From: Patescibacteria group bacterium
GTDB lineage: Bacteria; Patescibacteriota; Minisyncoccia; UBA6257; JACRHW01
DNA length: 64,000 nt
NCBI GenBank assembly: GCA_028865725.1
Contig: JAGWJP010000002.1
Span: 104,050-168,049 of the forward strand
Direction of reading: 5' to 3'
The position numbers and the translations under genes were made by a program. Below are positions 39,296 to 49,277 of this stretch, piece after piece (within the stretch, counting starts at the first letter, position 1; each line of letters begins with the position of its first letter). The notes under the pieces were generated by a model. The model saw only the letters and a list, made by a program, of their open reading frames with translations, did no database searches and was not told the origin of the DNA.

Positions 39296-41137
39296 CTAAT
39301 ATCTTTTGTTGCGGAAGAGAAGGGCGGAACCGATAAGCGGGAAAAAGTCGGTGATAAAGTTATAGGCCGCTGCAAATGTCGGCCCGAATACGCCTACAAA
39401 TACCAAAGCAAAACCAAAAATGTTTGCTATCGCCCAGATCCAGATGTTGTTGCGAATAACCGCGGATGTTCGTTTTCCTAATTGAATCATCTCCGGTATC
39501 CGCGAAAGGCGATCGGAAAGAAGCACCACGTCGGCCGCTTCGACGGTGATCGCCGTTCCTGCGCGGCCCATCGCAATACCCACATCGGCCCGTGCAAGCG
39601 CCGGCGCATCGTTGATTCCGTCTCCCACCATCACCACCACGCCGCTCCGCTCGGCCACTAACGATTCAATCTCTTTAATTTTATCCTCCGGCGAAAGAGA
39701 CGATTTCACGCGCGTGATGCCAAGCGCCTCCGCCACACGCGATGCGACACCCTCATTGTCTCCTGTGAGCATCAGCGACTCAACACCCATGTGTGCGAGC
39801 GTCTCGAGGCTCTGTTTCACACCCTTGCGCGGTACATCCGCCACGATAATCATGCCTGCGTAGGTCGCATCAACAAATACAAGCACGACTGTATTTCCAT
39901 ACTGTTCGCGCGCGGAAGCAAGCCCTCCCCACACAGCAGGCGGAATCGCAATGCTTCTCTCACGGCATATCGCCTCGTTCCCTATCACCACTTCATGAGA
40001 ACCTAATCGCGCCCACACCCCTCCTCCTTGGGACACCTGAATATCATCAGGATCTTGCAAGGTGCGTGTATGCGCAATGGCTTCATGCGCGATAGCTCTC
40101 CCGATAGGATGGTCAGAAAACTTCTCTGCCATACCGACATAGTTCCAAAACAATTGCTCCGCGATAGAGGATGCGCGATCGACCGTAGCTACCGTAAAGG
40201 TGCCATAGGTAAGCGTGCCTGTCTTATCAAGTACGAGCGTTTTTGTATGCGCTAAGCGTTCAATCCACTCTCCTCCCTTGATCATCACACCGCGTTTTGC
40301 GGCATATCCGAGCGAGGCCACCATAGCAAGAGGAATCGCAACCGAAATATCATCCGCACAGGCAACCAAAAACAATGCAGCCACCTTGAGAGGATCATGC
40401 GTCACTGCATAAGTCGCTATCCCCATGACAAGCACAAGCGGAAAAAAGATGCTTGCAAACGTGTCAGCCAAACGCTCACCGTGCGATTTATGTTGCGCTG
40501 CGCTCTGTAAAAGCTCGGCCATACGTTCCAATGTCGACTCCTTTCCTACGCGCGTCGCGCGCACTTTAATCAGACCTGCTTCATTGAGCGTGGAACTCGT
40601 TACCTCGTCTCCTACTACTTTCTCAATGGGAAGCGATTCTCCTGTCACCGATGCTTCATTCACCGTAGCAGCACCAAACACAATCACACCATCAACCGGA
40701 ATACGCGCGCCTTCCTTGATCACTACCACATCGCCTTCGCGCAGTTTGTTCACATGCACCTCTACCAACCCTTTTCCCTCTTCCCGCACCGCCGTAAGCG
40801 GCTTTAATGCGAGAAGCGCGGCCACGGCATCTTCTGATCGTGTCGCGATATAGTAGTCAAGCAACCGCGCAGAAGTGAGCATCAGAACAATGAATGCGCC
40901 AGAATTATAAGCTCCTACAACGAAGGCAACCCCTAAGGCAAACGCATTGAACATATCAATCGTGATGCGGCGGGTTGGAATTGCGGCGAATGCATCCAGA
41001 AATGTGGGGAGTGACCCTATCACGACCACCACCCCCATTACGATACGGCCATACCCAAACACCATCTCGGCAACGAATACAAGACACACTCCGACAAGAA
41101 TCGCATAATCTCGAAAAGGCGTGCGAAAAAGTGACAT
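39296..41137 (-). CDS. P1B-type heavy-metal-translocating ATPase
   Basis: TGES, DKTGTLT, SDHP, TGDN, GDGINDAPAL; CAD in place of CPC. Confidence 0.93.
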   Translation of the reverse strand: MSLFRTPFRDYAILVGVCLVFVAEMVFGYGRIVMGVVVVIGSLPTFLDAFAAIPTRRITIDMFNAFALGVAFVVGAYNSGAFIVLMLTSARLLDYYIATRSEDAVAALLALKPLTAVREEGKGLVEVHVNKLREGDVVVIKEGARIPVDGVIVFGAATVNEASVTGESLPIEKVVGDEVTSSTLNEAGLIKVRATRVGKESTLERMAELLQSAAQHKSHGERLADTFASIFFPLVLVMGIATYAVTHDPLKVAALFLVACADDISVAIPLAMVASLGYAAKRGVMIKGGEWIERLAHTKTLVLDKTGTLTYGTFTVATVDRASSIAEQLFWNYVGMAEKFSDHPIGRAIAHEAIAHTRTLQDPDDIQVSQGGGVWARLGSHEVVIGNEAICRERSIAIPPAVWGGLASAREQYGNTVVLVFVDATYAGMIIVADVPRKGVKQSLETLAHMGVESLMLTGDNEGVASRVAEALGITRVKSSLSPEDKIKEIESLVAERSGVVVMVGDGINDAPALARADVGIAMGRAGTAITVEAADVVLLSDRLSRIPEMIQLGKRTSAVIRNNIWIWAIANIFGFALVFVGVFGPTFAAAYNFITDFFPLIGSALLFRNKRY

Positions 41138-41289
41138 AGTTAGGACTTACGCCGGCTGGATGAACCACTCACCTTTGATACCAGTTAGGAAAATAGGTAA
41201 CGTATAGAGAAAAAGAAGTGTTCTGTGCATATCAAAGGTGAGGAACGAGGGTTTTGACAAAGAAATTTGCCAGCTCGGGTAAGTCATAG

Positions 41290-42693
41290 TTAAAGCTCTA
41301 CCTGTTCTCCCAGAGTGGGAATATTCACGTCAATATTCGGGTGCAATGATTCTACGGTATTTTTGAATATCGTTGCTTGCGGCATTTCTGTATGCACTAG
41401 AAAGAGATGTTCGATGCCGCTTGTGTGCCCTAAATAAGCGAGGAGACTTGCTTGGTCTGCGTGGGCGCTTAATTCATCAAGCACCATAACTTTTGCACGC
41501 ACCTCGTGTGACTCTCCTAAAATCATCACAGGACTTGCTCCCTCTTTAATTTTTCGGCCCAACGTATTTTCAGCCTGATATCCCGTGATCAAAATAATAT
41601 TATTGGGATTTCCGATCCCATTATTCAAATGATGCAATATACGACCCCCTTCGCACATTCCCGAAGCAGAAATAATCATACAAGGTCCCTCCACATTATT
41701 GATCATTTTCGATTCCTCTACGCTATGTGTATACACAAGATTTTTGAACGCAAATGGAGACTCTCCAAGCCGCTCAAAATCACGAACCACTTCATCATTA
41801 AAATCTTCTTTGTGGCGAGAGAACACATCGGTCAAACTTTCTGCCAAAGGACTGTCGATATAGATAGGAATGGAAGGGATTTCATGCATGTCTGTCATGC
41901 GATGCAAGATATAGATAAGCTCTTGCGTTCTTCCGAGTGAAAAAGCGGGAACAATAATCTTAGATTTGAGGCGTACTGCGTCTTCGATTGCACGCTGCAA
42001 ATCCAACTTTACTTCCGAAATGGGGCGGTGATTACTGTTTCCATATGTACATTCCATAAGCATGGCCTGCACGTCTTCTTCAATATACTCTCGCGCATGA
42101 AGAATGGGTACATCTACACGGCCTAAATCTCCCGTAAATGCAAGCGTTTTTGTTATTCCCTCTTCTTTGATTTCAAGTACAATCACCTCAGATCCCAAAA
42201 TATGCCCCGCATCATACAACTTAAACCTGATATGGTCATTCAACGTAATCCATTCATGGGAAATGCGATAATAGGGATGGGGTTCAAAATAGGAAAAGAC
42301 GCGGCGTGCATCTTCAAGCGTATAGACAGATTCCACACGATCCTGCCCTTTGTGATGCCGATTATAATCATTTGCAATTTGTTCTTGAAGCGCGCCCGAA
42401 TCCTCAAGAATGCATCGTGCGACATCAGCAGTCGCGCCAGTACAATAAATCCTGCCTCGAAACCCATCGCGTACCAAAATAGGAAGTGCGCCGCAATGAT
42501 CCAAATGTCCGTGCGACAAGATCACCGCATTAATATCTTTTGCAGCAAACGGAAGCGCCTTGTTGCGTTCATTTGCAATACTTCGTTTTCCTTGATACAT
42601 CCCGCAATCAAGAAGCAGTTTGTAATCCTCCACTTCAATAAGGTGCCGAGATCCCGTCACATCCTGCGCGGCACCAAAAAATGTAATTTTCAT
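41290..42693 (-). CDS. Metallo-beta-lactamase/beta-CASP RNase
   Basis: SHGHLDHCG, AGHILG, MECTYG, AFSLGRTQE, SAHAD. Confidence 0.93.
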   Translation of the reverse strand: MKITFFGAAQDVTGSRHLIEVEDYKLLLDCGMYQGKRSIANERNKALPFAAKDINAVILSHGHLDHCGALPILVRDGFRGRIYCTGATADVARCILEDSGALQEQIANDYNRHHKGQDRVESVYTLEDARRVFSYFEPHPYYRISHEWITLNDHIRFKLYDAGHILGSEVIVLEIKEEGITKTLAFTGDLGRVDVPILHAREYIEEDVQAMLMECTYGNSNHRPISEVKLDLQRAIEDAVRLKSKIIVPAFSLGRTQELIYILHRMTDMHEIPSIPIYIDSPLAESLTDVFSRHKEDFNDEVVRDFERLGESPFAFKNLVYTHSVEESKMINNVEGPCMIISASGMCEGGRILHHLNNGIGNPNNIILITGYQAENTLGRKIKEGASPVMILGESHEVRAKVMVLDELSAHADQASLLAYLGHTSGIEHLFLVHTEMPQATIFKNTVESLHPNIDVNIPTLGEQVEL

Positions 42694-42767
42694 ATATTCA
42701 TTGTACATCAAACTAAATCTTCTCTCTATGCTTGATTTACTCCGCAATATTCGCTAGAGTAGGCGCA

Positions 42768-43358
42768 ATGCATCAACCGCTTCCACAATCTTTTTTTGAA
42801 CGTCCTACGCTCCACGTTGCACACGACATGCTTGGAGCGAGAATTATTGTTCGCGCGAATGGCATCAGAAAGACACTCGTTATTACAGAGGTGGAGGCAT
42901 ATGATGGTCCGAAGGACAAAGCATCGCACGCGTACCGCGGCACAACGCCTCGCAATGCGCTCATGTTCGGTGACGCGGGGCACTGGTACATCTATCTTGT
43001 CTACGGCATGCACTGGATGTTAAACATCACAACCGGCCCCGAAAGATACCCTGCCGCAATTCTCATTCGCAGCGGAATTACCGACGCACAACAATATCTG
43101 AAAGGCCCGGGGACCCTATCACGTTATCTCGGTATTGAGGGACGATGGAACGGACTCCTTGCCGCACCACGCAACAATCTGTGGATCGAAACCACAGATA
43201 TCAATATTCCTCCTCGCGCAATAATAAAAAAACCCCGCATCGGGGTACCCTATGCCAAAGAGTGGGCTCTGAAGCCTTACAATTTCTCCGTGACACCTTC
43301 CTTATTGTCCCAATACGTCGTTCCCGATTCCATAAGCTCAAGCCGACGTGTCTTGTAA
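42768..43358 (+). CDS. DNA-3-methyladenine glycosylase (MPG/AAG family)
   Basis: ITEVEAY.G..D.ASH, YIYLVYGMHW, GPG.L, PRIGV. Confidence 0.93.
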   Translation: MHQPLPQSFFERPTLHVAHDMLGARIIVRANGIRKTLVITEVEAYDGPKDKASHAYRGTTPRNALMFGDAGHWYIYLVYGMHWMLNITTGPERYPAAILIRSGITDAQQYLKGPGTLSRYLGIEGRWNGLLAAPRNNLWIETTDINIPPRAIIKKPRIGVPYAKEWALKPYNFSVTPSLLSQYVVPDSISSSRRVL

Positions 43359-44083
43359 TTATACCGATACACAAACACTCCACAATTCGGTATTTTTTGA
43401 GATACCGCATTTTCGTGATACTTCCTTGCGGTCCATTTCTCAAGATTGAAACGAAATGCACGAATAGTATGTCCATGAGAGACGACAAGTACCCGCTTCC
43501 GCGCACGCTGCTTGAACAACATTCCGATAAACTGATACACACGATCACACACTGCAGCTTGACTTTCTCCTCCGAGCGGCCAGGGATAAAATTTTCCCAT
43601 GACATGCCAATAATTCCGATAATCAGGGAGAATCTTTTTCACATCCTCAACATACATCGTAGCGGCATACCCAGAATCACGTTCGCGAATGAGGTGACTC
43701 TCCCTTCGCTTTATTTTCGCGCGTTCTTCTGATGTATATGCAGCAAGGATTCCATCAAGCGTTTCATGCGCGCGCCGATATCCCGAATCATACGCCACAT
43801 CAAAAGTGCCAAACCGTTCACGCAACGCAACGCCTGTATGTCGTGCTTGAGCATGTCCGCGCGCAGTAAGCGGAGTATCAGGATCTGAAATCTCCCGAAG
43901 TACCTCCGCGCCGGGCTTTCGCGGCAGGTAGGGATCACCATCTTTAATCACATTACGCAATGACTCGCCATGCCGCACAATCACAAGCAGTGCGGGCCGT
44001 TGAATTCCTATACTTCCCAGAAATTCTCTGAATGCCAATGCGCGTGCAAATATGCGGTAGAAAAACTCCCGAAGCGTCCTCAT
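43277..44083 (-). CDS. Histidine phosphatase family protein
   Basis: VRHGES, RA.ET, GGES, VSHG, IPNC. Confidence 0.9.
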   Translation of the reverse strand: MRTLREFFYRIFARALAFREFLGSIGIQRPALLVIVRHGESLRNVIKDGDPYLPRKPGAEVLREISDPDTPLTARGHAQARHTGVALRERFGTFDVAYDSGYRRAHETLDGILAAYTSEERAKIKRRESHLIRERDSGYAATMYVEDVKKILPDYRNYWHVMGKFYPWPLGGESQAAVCDRVYQFIGMLFKQRARKRVLVVSHGHTIRAFRFNLEKWTARKYHENAVSQKIPNCGVFVYRYNYKTRRLELMESGTTYWDNKEGVTEKL

Positions 44084-44194
44084 TGCATTCTCTCCTTTGT
44101 GAAGATTCTATCCAAAGACTAACACATGCATACCCACATATCAAACTCTACAATTTATCCAAGTAATCTGAAGAAAAGATTGAATCTTATTCGA

Positions 44195-44962
44195 CTAAAT
44201 CTCGATTTTTGAAAAAAGATAACTGCCAACGGCGAGAAGGAAAAGCGTTGCAAGGCTTAAGACGAGAAGATCAAGCGGAATGCCGAAGTGGCCGCCCGCG
44301 CCAAACGCGGCCCGCAAGCCATCGACGCCATAAGAGAGCGGATTAAACGCCGCGATTAGTTTTAAAAATTGAGGTGCCGTGTCAATCGGGAACAGTGCTC
44401 CCGAGAGGAAAAATGTAGGCATGACTAAAAAGTTCATGATAAGCTGAAACCCCTGCATATCCTCAAGCATTGATGCAACTGCAGTCCCAAATGCCGTAAA
44501 GAGCACTGCGACCAGGAACATGAAAAGAAGCCCCAAGAACATACTCCCCATGTGTGTGATGTGAAATCCGATCACGAGCGAAAGCAACAACACGATGCAT
44601 CCTTGAAGCGTGGCAACCGTTGCGCCTCCAAGTGTTCTTCCTATCACAATCGTCAGACGCGAGACAGGGGCCACAAGCATCTCTTTTAAAAACCCGAATT
44701 GCCGATCCCAAATAATCTCGATCCCCGCAAACATCGCGGTAAACAACACACCCATTGCGATCACGCCCGGCGCCAAAAACTCTATATAATTCCCCCCTCC
44801 TGCTTTTTGGTACACGGGGCCAAATCCAAATCCAAGTGCCACCAAAAACAAAAGCGGCTGACCAAGCGATCCGATCACACGCGCACGCGAACGCGCGTAG
44901 CGCTTCAGCTGGCGGAGCCACAACACATAGATAATGGAACCAGTAGTGGTTATCTTCTCCAT
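44195..44962 (-). CDS. ABC-2 permease (DrrB-like)
   Basis: FLAPG, WDRQFGFLKE.LVAP, FLSGALFP, NPLSYGVD. Confidence 0.92.
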   Translation of the reverse strand: MEKITTTGSIIYVLWLRQLKRYARSRARVIGSLGQPLLFLVALGFGFGPVYQKAGGGNYIEFLAPGVIAMGVLFTAMFAGIEIIWDRQFGFLKEMLVAPVSRLTIVIGRTLGGATVATLQGCIVLLLSLVIGFHITHMGSMFLGLLFMFLVAVLFTAFGTAVASMLEDMQGFQLIMNFLVMPTFFLSGALFPIDTAPQFLKLIAAFNPLSYGVDGLRAAFGAGGHFGIPLDLLVLSLATLFLLAVGSYLFSKIEI

Positions 44963-45753
44963 ACACGTGCATGCATCCTCATTTGATCTATTGATCCTGC
45001 TGACTCTTCACGGATCGATTTCCCGGTAAGACTCAGAAACGCATCCTCAAGCGAAGCTACACCCGTCTTCTGTTTTAATCCTTCAGGCGTATCCTGTGCC
45101 ACAATCGCCCCATGATCAATCACTGCGACATAATCAGCCACACGATCCGCCTCCTCCATATAGTGCGTAGTGAGAAATACGGTAATTCCCTCTTCTTTGT
45201 TCAATCCTTTTACGTAACTCCAAATATGATTTCTCGTTTGAGGGTCCAGTCCGATAGTCGGCTCATCAAGAAATAAAATCTTAGGGTGATGTATGAGGCC
45301 GCGCGCGATCTCAAGCCGTCTTCGCATCCCTCCTGAAAAATGTTTCACAATCTCATCCTTCCTATCCCACAGTTCCACCACATTCATAAGTTGTTTGATA
45401 CGCTCCGCACGCAATACGCGGGACATACGGTAGAGCACGCCATGAAGATCCATATTCTCATATGCAGTAAGTTCTTCATCAATGCTCGGATCTTGAAATA
45501 CGATGCCGAATAACTTCCGCGCCTCATCCTCATGATGAACGGGATCAACGCCGTTCAGTAAAATCGTTCCTTCCGTGGGTTTCAAAAGAGTCGTAAGCAT
45601 GCGAATTGTTGTGGTTTTTCCCGCTCCATTCGGCCCTAAAAAAGCAAAAATTGACCCCTCTTCCACCCCAAAAGACACTCCCTGCACCGCAGCAAGATCA
45701 CCGAATCTTTTTTGAAGATTATGTACTTCGATGCTTAACATACGTTTCTCCAA
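44950..45753 (-). CDS. ABC ATP-binding protein (DrrA-like)
   Basis: GPNGAGKT, FSGGM, LFLDEPT, TTHYMEEA. Confidence 0.95.
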   Translation of the reverse strand: MEKRMLSIEVHNLQKRFGDLAAVQGVSFGVEEGSIFAFLGPNGAGKTTTIRMLTTLLKPTEGTILLNGVDPVHHEDEARKLFGIVFQDPSIDEELTAYENMDLHGVLYRMSRVLRAERIKQLMNVVELWDRKDEIVKHFSGGMRRRLEIARGLIHHPKILFLDEPTIGLDPQTRNHIWSYVKGLNKEEGITVFLTTHYMEEADRVADYVAVIDHGAIVAQDTPEGLKQKTGVASLEDAFLSLTGKSIREESAGSIDQMRMHARVWRR

Positions 45754-46208
45754 GCGATACGTTCATACCATGCCCATACACCCCATACAAATAACAAAGT
45801 CGATGTACCTGCGGAGATCATGCAGTAAAAACAAACCGCATGAATCACAAAAAGCTGCAAAAACACAAACCAAAGTGCCGCCAAAAACCCAAGCATGGTC
45901 ATACGCGTCGCGATACGCCACAACACTTCATACCTTGAATCCCAATACGCAAGGAGAAGCACTAATACCGTAAGATAATACCCTGCGCCCCAAAGCGCCA
46001 CAGGAATACCCCCCACCATTGAATAAATGCTTGTGGTTACCGTTTCACATCCACCAAAAAGCGGACAATTAAGTTCTGTCCCCGCATAGTGAGTCACAGT
46101 AAGATATGTCGCATCAAAAAAACCAATCAGGCTCAGCACAAGCCCAATAGTGAGCAGAACATTACGCGTGAGCTGCCAACTCTTTGTCGATAGCTGACTT
46201 GAATGCAT
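45735..46208 (-). CDS. Vitamin K epoxide reductase (VKOR) family protein
   Basis: C....GC.TV..S.YS, CFYC; follows DsbA; start approximate. Confidence 0.9.
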   Translation of the reverse strand: MHSSQLSTKSWQLTRNVLLTIGLVLSLIGFFDATYLTVTHYAGTELNCPLFGGCETVTTSIYSMVGGIPVALWGAGYYLTVLVLLLAYWDSRYEVLWRIATRMTMLGFLAALWFVFLQLFVIHAVCFYCMISAGTSTLLFVWGVWAWYERIAWRNVC

Positions 46209-46905
46209 CATAATTTTGCGGCTGAATACGCGCGCCATCAAGGAAAAAAGATGGTGTTGAGTTAATACCTGCTTTGACGGCTTGCTCGTAATCAGAATCC
46301 ACGCGTTGTTGAATTTCTGGTGAATGCAGGTCGCTTGTAAATTGAGTTACGTTGAGATGAAGGTCTCCCGCATAGGTGATAAAAAGTGCTTCGGCATTAT
46401 TTGATTCTGCCCACGATGGCTGATGCTCAAATAACGCATCATGCATCTCCCAGAATCTCCCCTGCTTGTCCGCAGCGTATGCAGCGGCAATCGCAAGTTT
46501 TGCGTTCTTGTGTTGCGGTAACGGAAAGTTGCGATAGACAAACTGTATCCTGCCTTGATACTCACTAGTGATTTGTTTCACAAGCGGATAGTAGGCGCCG
46601 CATGCAGGGCACTGGAAATCACTATATTCGATAAGCACGACACGAGAAGTAGAGCTCCCCATTACCAAATCTTGAGATGAAACCGGAGCAACCAAAAACG
46701 CAGCTTGAGAAGAGGGGCTCGCATCCCCAAGTTTTATAATCCCATACACACCACCTCCCAAAAGGAGGATGACGAAAGTCCAAAAACTAACACGTTTCAG
46801 CGTCTTCTTTTTTTGTAGCGCAGCAGCGGTACGTTTCCTTTCCTCTTGTTTTGCCTCATATTTATTCTCTTTTTTAGAAGAGTTATCGCCCTGTGTTAGT
46901 TCCAT
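46162..46905 (-). CDS. DsbA/thioredoxin-family protein
   Basis: EYSDFQCPAC, YRNFPL, STPSF. Confidence 0.92.
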   Translation of the reverse strand: MELTQGDNSSKKENKYEAKQEERKRTAAALQKKKTLKRVSFWTFVILLLGGGVYGIIKLGDASPSSQAAFLVAPVSSQDLVMGSSTSRVVLIEYSDFQCPACGAYYPLVKQITSEYQGRIQFVYRNFPLPQHKNAKLAIAAAYAADKQGRFWEMHDALFEHQPSWAESNNAEALFITYAGDLHLNVTQFTSDLHSPEIQQRVDSDYEQAVKAGINSTPSFFLDGARIQPQNYDAFKSAIDKELAAHA

Positions 46906-47030
46906 ATAACTTAAAATCACCAATTACAGTCTATTTGACGTAGACCAATCTTACCACATTGCACTTTCTATATCAATTGGCACACATCTCATTTTTACAT
47001 AAAAAACCGCATCATAATGCGGCACGTAAA

Positions 47031-47414
47031 TTACCCATTGATCACAAAATTCTCCGCGGCAAAGACTACTTCCTGCATCTCCATTTCGCTCTCTGCTTCG
47101 CGCAACACGAGGAGTGGCGCCCGTTCATCAAGGTAATCATTTCTCCCCACAAACCACACAAGAGCAATCTTCGTACCGTCGCACCCCACAATGACACGCA
47201 CAGCTTGATAAAGATAGCGCAGACGCGTATGGTGAAGATCGGTACGCAGATCCTTGAGCGTTTCATAAGAGGCAAGACCAATACCGTATCGGACAAGATC
47301 CTTCCCTAATGATGCAACCAAAAAATCAATCATTTCTTCTGGTTTTTTTGTATTTGCATCACGTCGTGCTTCATCGATATGCCGATACTCTTCTCTCGCA
47401 TACTGGTCTTCCAT
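47031..47414 (-). CDS. Hypothetical protein resembling the Xre/MbcA/ParS antitoxin C-terminal domain
   Basis: WFVGRNDYL..RAP..LRE; AGGAGGT site. Confidence 0.5.
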   Translation of the reverse strand: MEDQYAREEYRHIDEARRDANTKKPEEMIDFLVASLGKDLVRYGIGLASYETLKDLRTDLHHTRLRYLYQAVRVIVGCDGTKIALVWFVGRNDYLDERAPLLVLREAESEMEMQEVVFAAENFVING

Positions 47415-47688
47415 AAAAAACCTCCTAATACCAGTTCTATTCGTAATCTAACATCACATTTCATAGTTGTAAATAACCTTCCACGATCCACGAACGTAAG
47501 CTCGTGGCACTCCTTGATCCCTTCGGTTGCCAAGGAATACCAAGTCGCGCGCCTCCTTCCTGCGTATCAATGCGATTCCGAAATTTTTTAGACCCTACGC
47601 GCTTTGCCCTCCGGGTCTCATAAAACCCTACCCGAGAAGACAAGCTTTGATGAAAAAACCGCCTTTTCTTTCGGCGGTTTGTTATTAC

Positions 47689-47967
47689 CTACATATACGA
47701 TCTCGCTTCTCGTTCTGTCACCTCAGGCGGCTCATGTTCTTTCAGATACACAACAGTATCCTCTATCCCTGTAGATGCTATGATAAGAACCTTCAATGCA
47801 TCAAGGACTTCTCTGGTAAACATACTCTCATCATCCGGATGTGCTTTGATGATAACCTCAAGAGCAAAACGATCTCGCCGCAAGACGACATTTACGGCAT
47901 CCGTGTCAGGATGTCTCACAAATGTTTCCACGAAAATCAACAAACCACGGTGAAAATCGTTGGTCAT
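47689..47967 (-). CDS. Degenerate KhpA-like KH-fold protein
   Basis: FVETFVRHP..V.V..IKAHPDD..ALKVLI; lacks the GxxG loop. Confidence 0.45.
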   Translation of the reverse strand: MTNDFHRGLLIFVETFVRHPDTDAVNVVLRRDRFALEVIIKAHPDDESMFTREVLDALKVLIIASTGIEDTVVYLKEHEPPEVTEREARSYM

Positions 47968-48128
47968 TCTTGCCTCCTCCGAGGGGGTGCTGTATTGGAA
48001 TTACTATAACACAAAAACTAATAATTAGTCAAATAAAGCCGGGTTCTACTGCACCACGCCGTGTTTTTCAAAAACAAAAGCACCCTGCACATAATGCGCG
48101 GGGTGCTTTTGTTGCATTGAATAGAGGC

Positions 48129-48326
48129 TTATGCGCGCTGAACGTTCTTTGCGCTTGGGCCCTTGTCACCCTCAACAACCTCAAAGGTGACATCATCGCC
48201 AACCTTCAACTCGTCAAAAGCAACACCATTCAAATCATTAGCATGAAAGAAAAGATCCTTTGTCTCGCCTTCGCGAGCAATGAACCCATATCCTCTTCCA
48301 TTCAATGTTTTGATTTTACCTGTCAT
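48129..48326 (-). CDS. Cold-shock protein
   Basis: GYGFI (RNP1), DLFFH (RNP2), KGPSAKNV; TTGACA-17-TATACA promoter upstream. Confidence 0.95.
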   Translation of the reverse strand: MTGKIKTLNGRGYGFIAREGETKDLFFHANDLNGVAFDELKVGDDVTFEVVEGDKGPSAKNVQRA

Positions 48327-48455
48327 GGTTCTCTTTTACGTTATTAAATACAGAAACTCGACTCCGTCTCTTACTATACCTTCCTGTATAGCATAAGTAG
48401 AAATGAATGTCAACTATCCCTTTTCCCTAGGATTTTGGGTAGTAAAACATTTGAA

Positions 48456-49277
48456 TTATTGCGAACCGATCTGTCTGCGCTGCTTCATAACCAATAACAC
48501 TGCCGAAAATAGACCGAGCATAAGAAGCACAATGGTGCCTCCCGTTGCCAGATTCGCATAAAACGAAATAATCATACCAAGAAGCACTGCGCATACAGAA
48601 CACAGTTCCGCGTAGAAGATTGTGCGTACAAAACTTGTTCTCAACTGCAACGCGGTAAGCACGGGGATAACGATCAATGCTGCGATGAGGAGTACGCCAA
48701 CAATGGGAATGGAAAGCGCTACAGTAAGTGCCGTAAGCACGATGAACACCACATTGATACTTTTAACCGGTATTCCGGCCACCAGCGCAGACTCTTCATC
48801 AAAAGTAATATACACAAGCTCTTTATAGAACAAGAACACGAGTGCCGCCACAAGCGCGCCCAGAATAGTAATTGTGAATACATCAGTCGTCGTTACTGTC
48901 ACAATGCTTCCAAAAAGATAATTGAATAAATTGGCATTCATACCGCGCGCAAGGCTCAAAAGCACAATCGCAAACGCCAAACTTCCTGATAAAAACAAAG
49001 CGAGCGCAGATTCCCCATATACTTTTTTTGACATGCGCAATCGCTCAATACCCAAGGATGCAATCACCGTGAACACAATAGCAGCAAGAACAGGATTTAT
49101 TCCTAATAACATTCCAAGCGCAATCCCAGAAAGCGACACATGAGACAATGTGTCTGCGATCAAAGAATAACGGCGCAAAACAAGAAAAATTCCAATAAGC
49201 GGCGCAACAAGTGCCACCACCATTCCCGCCTCAAGCCCCCGCATAATAAACCCGTAATGAAAAAATGAAACGATCAT
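48456..49277 (-). CDS. znuB: Zn/Mn ABC permease
   Basis: LRR.SLIADTLSH, YLFGSI, VGVLLI. Confidence 0.9.
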   Translation of the reverse strand: MIVSFFHYGFIMRGLEAGMVVALVAPLIGIFLVLRRYSLIADTLSHVSLSGIALGMLLGINPVLAAIVFTVIASLGIERLRMSKKVYGESALALFLSGSLAFAIVLLSLARGMNANLFNYLFGSIVTVTTTDVFTITILGALVAALVFLFYKELVYITFDEESALVAGIPVKSINVVFIVLTALTVALSIPIVGVLLIAALIVIPVLTALQLRTSFVRTIFYAELCSVCAVLLGMIISFYANLATGGTIVLLMLGLFSAVLLVMKQRRQIGSQ

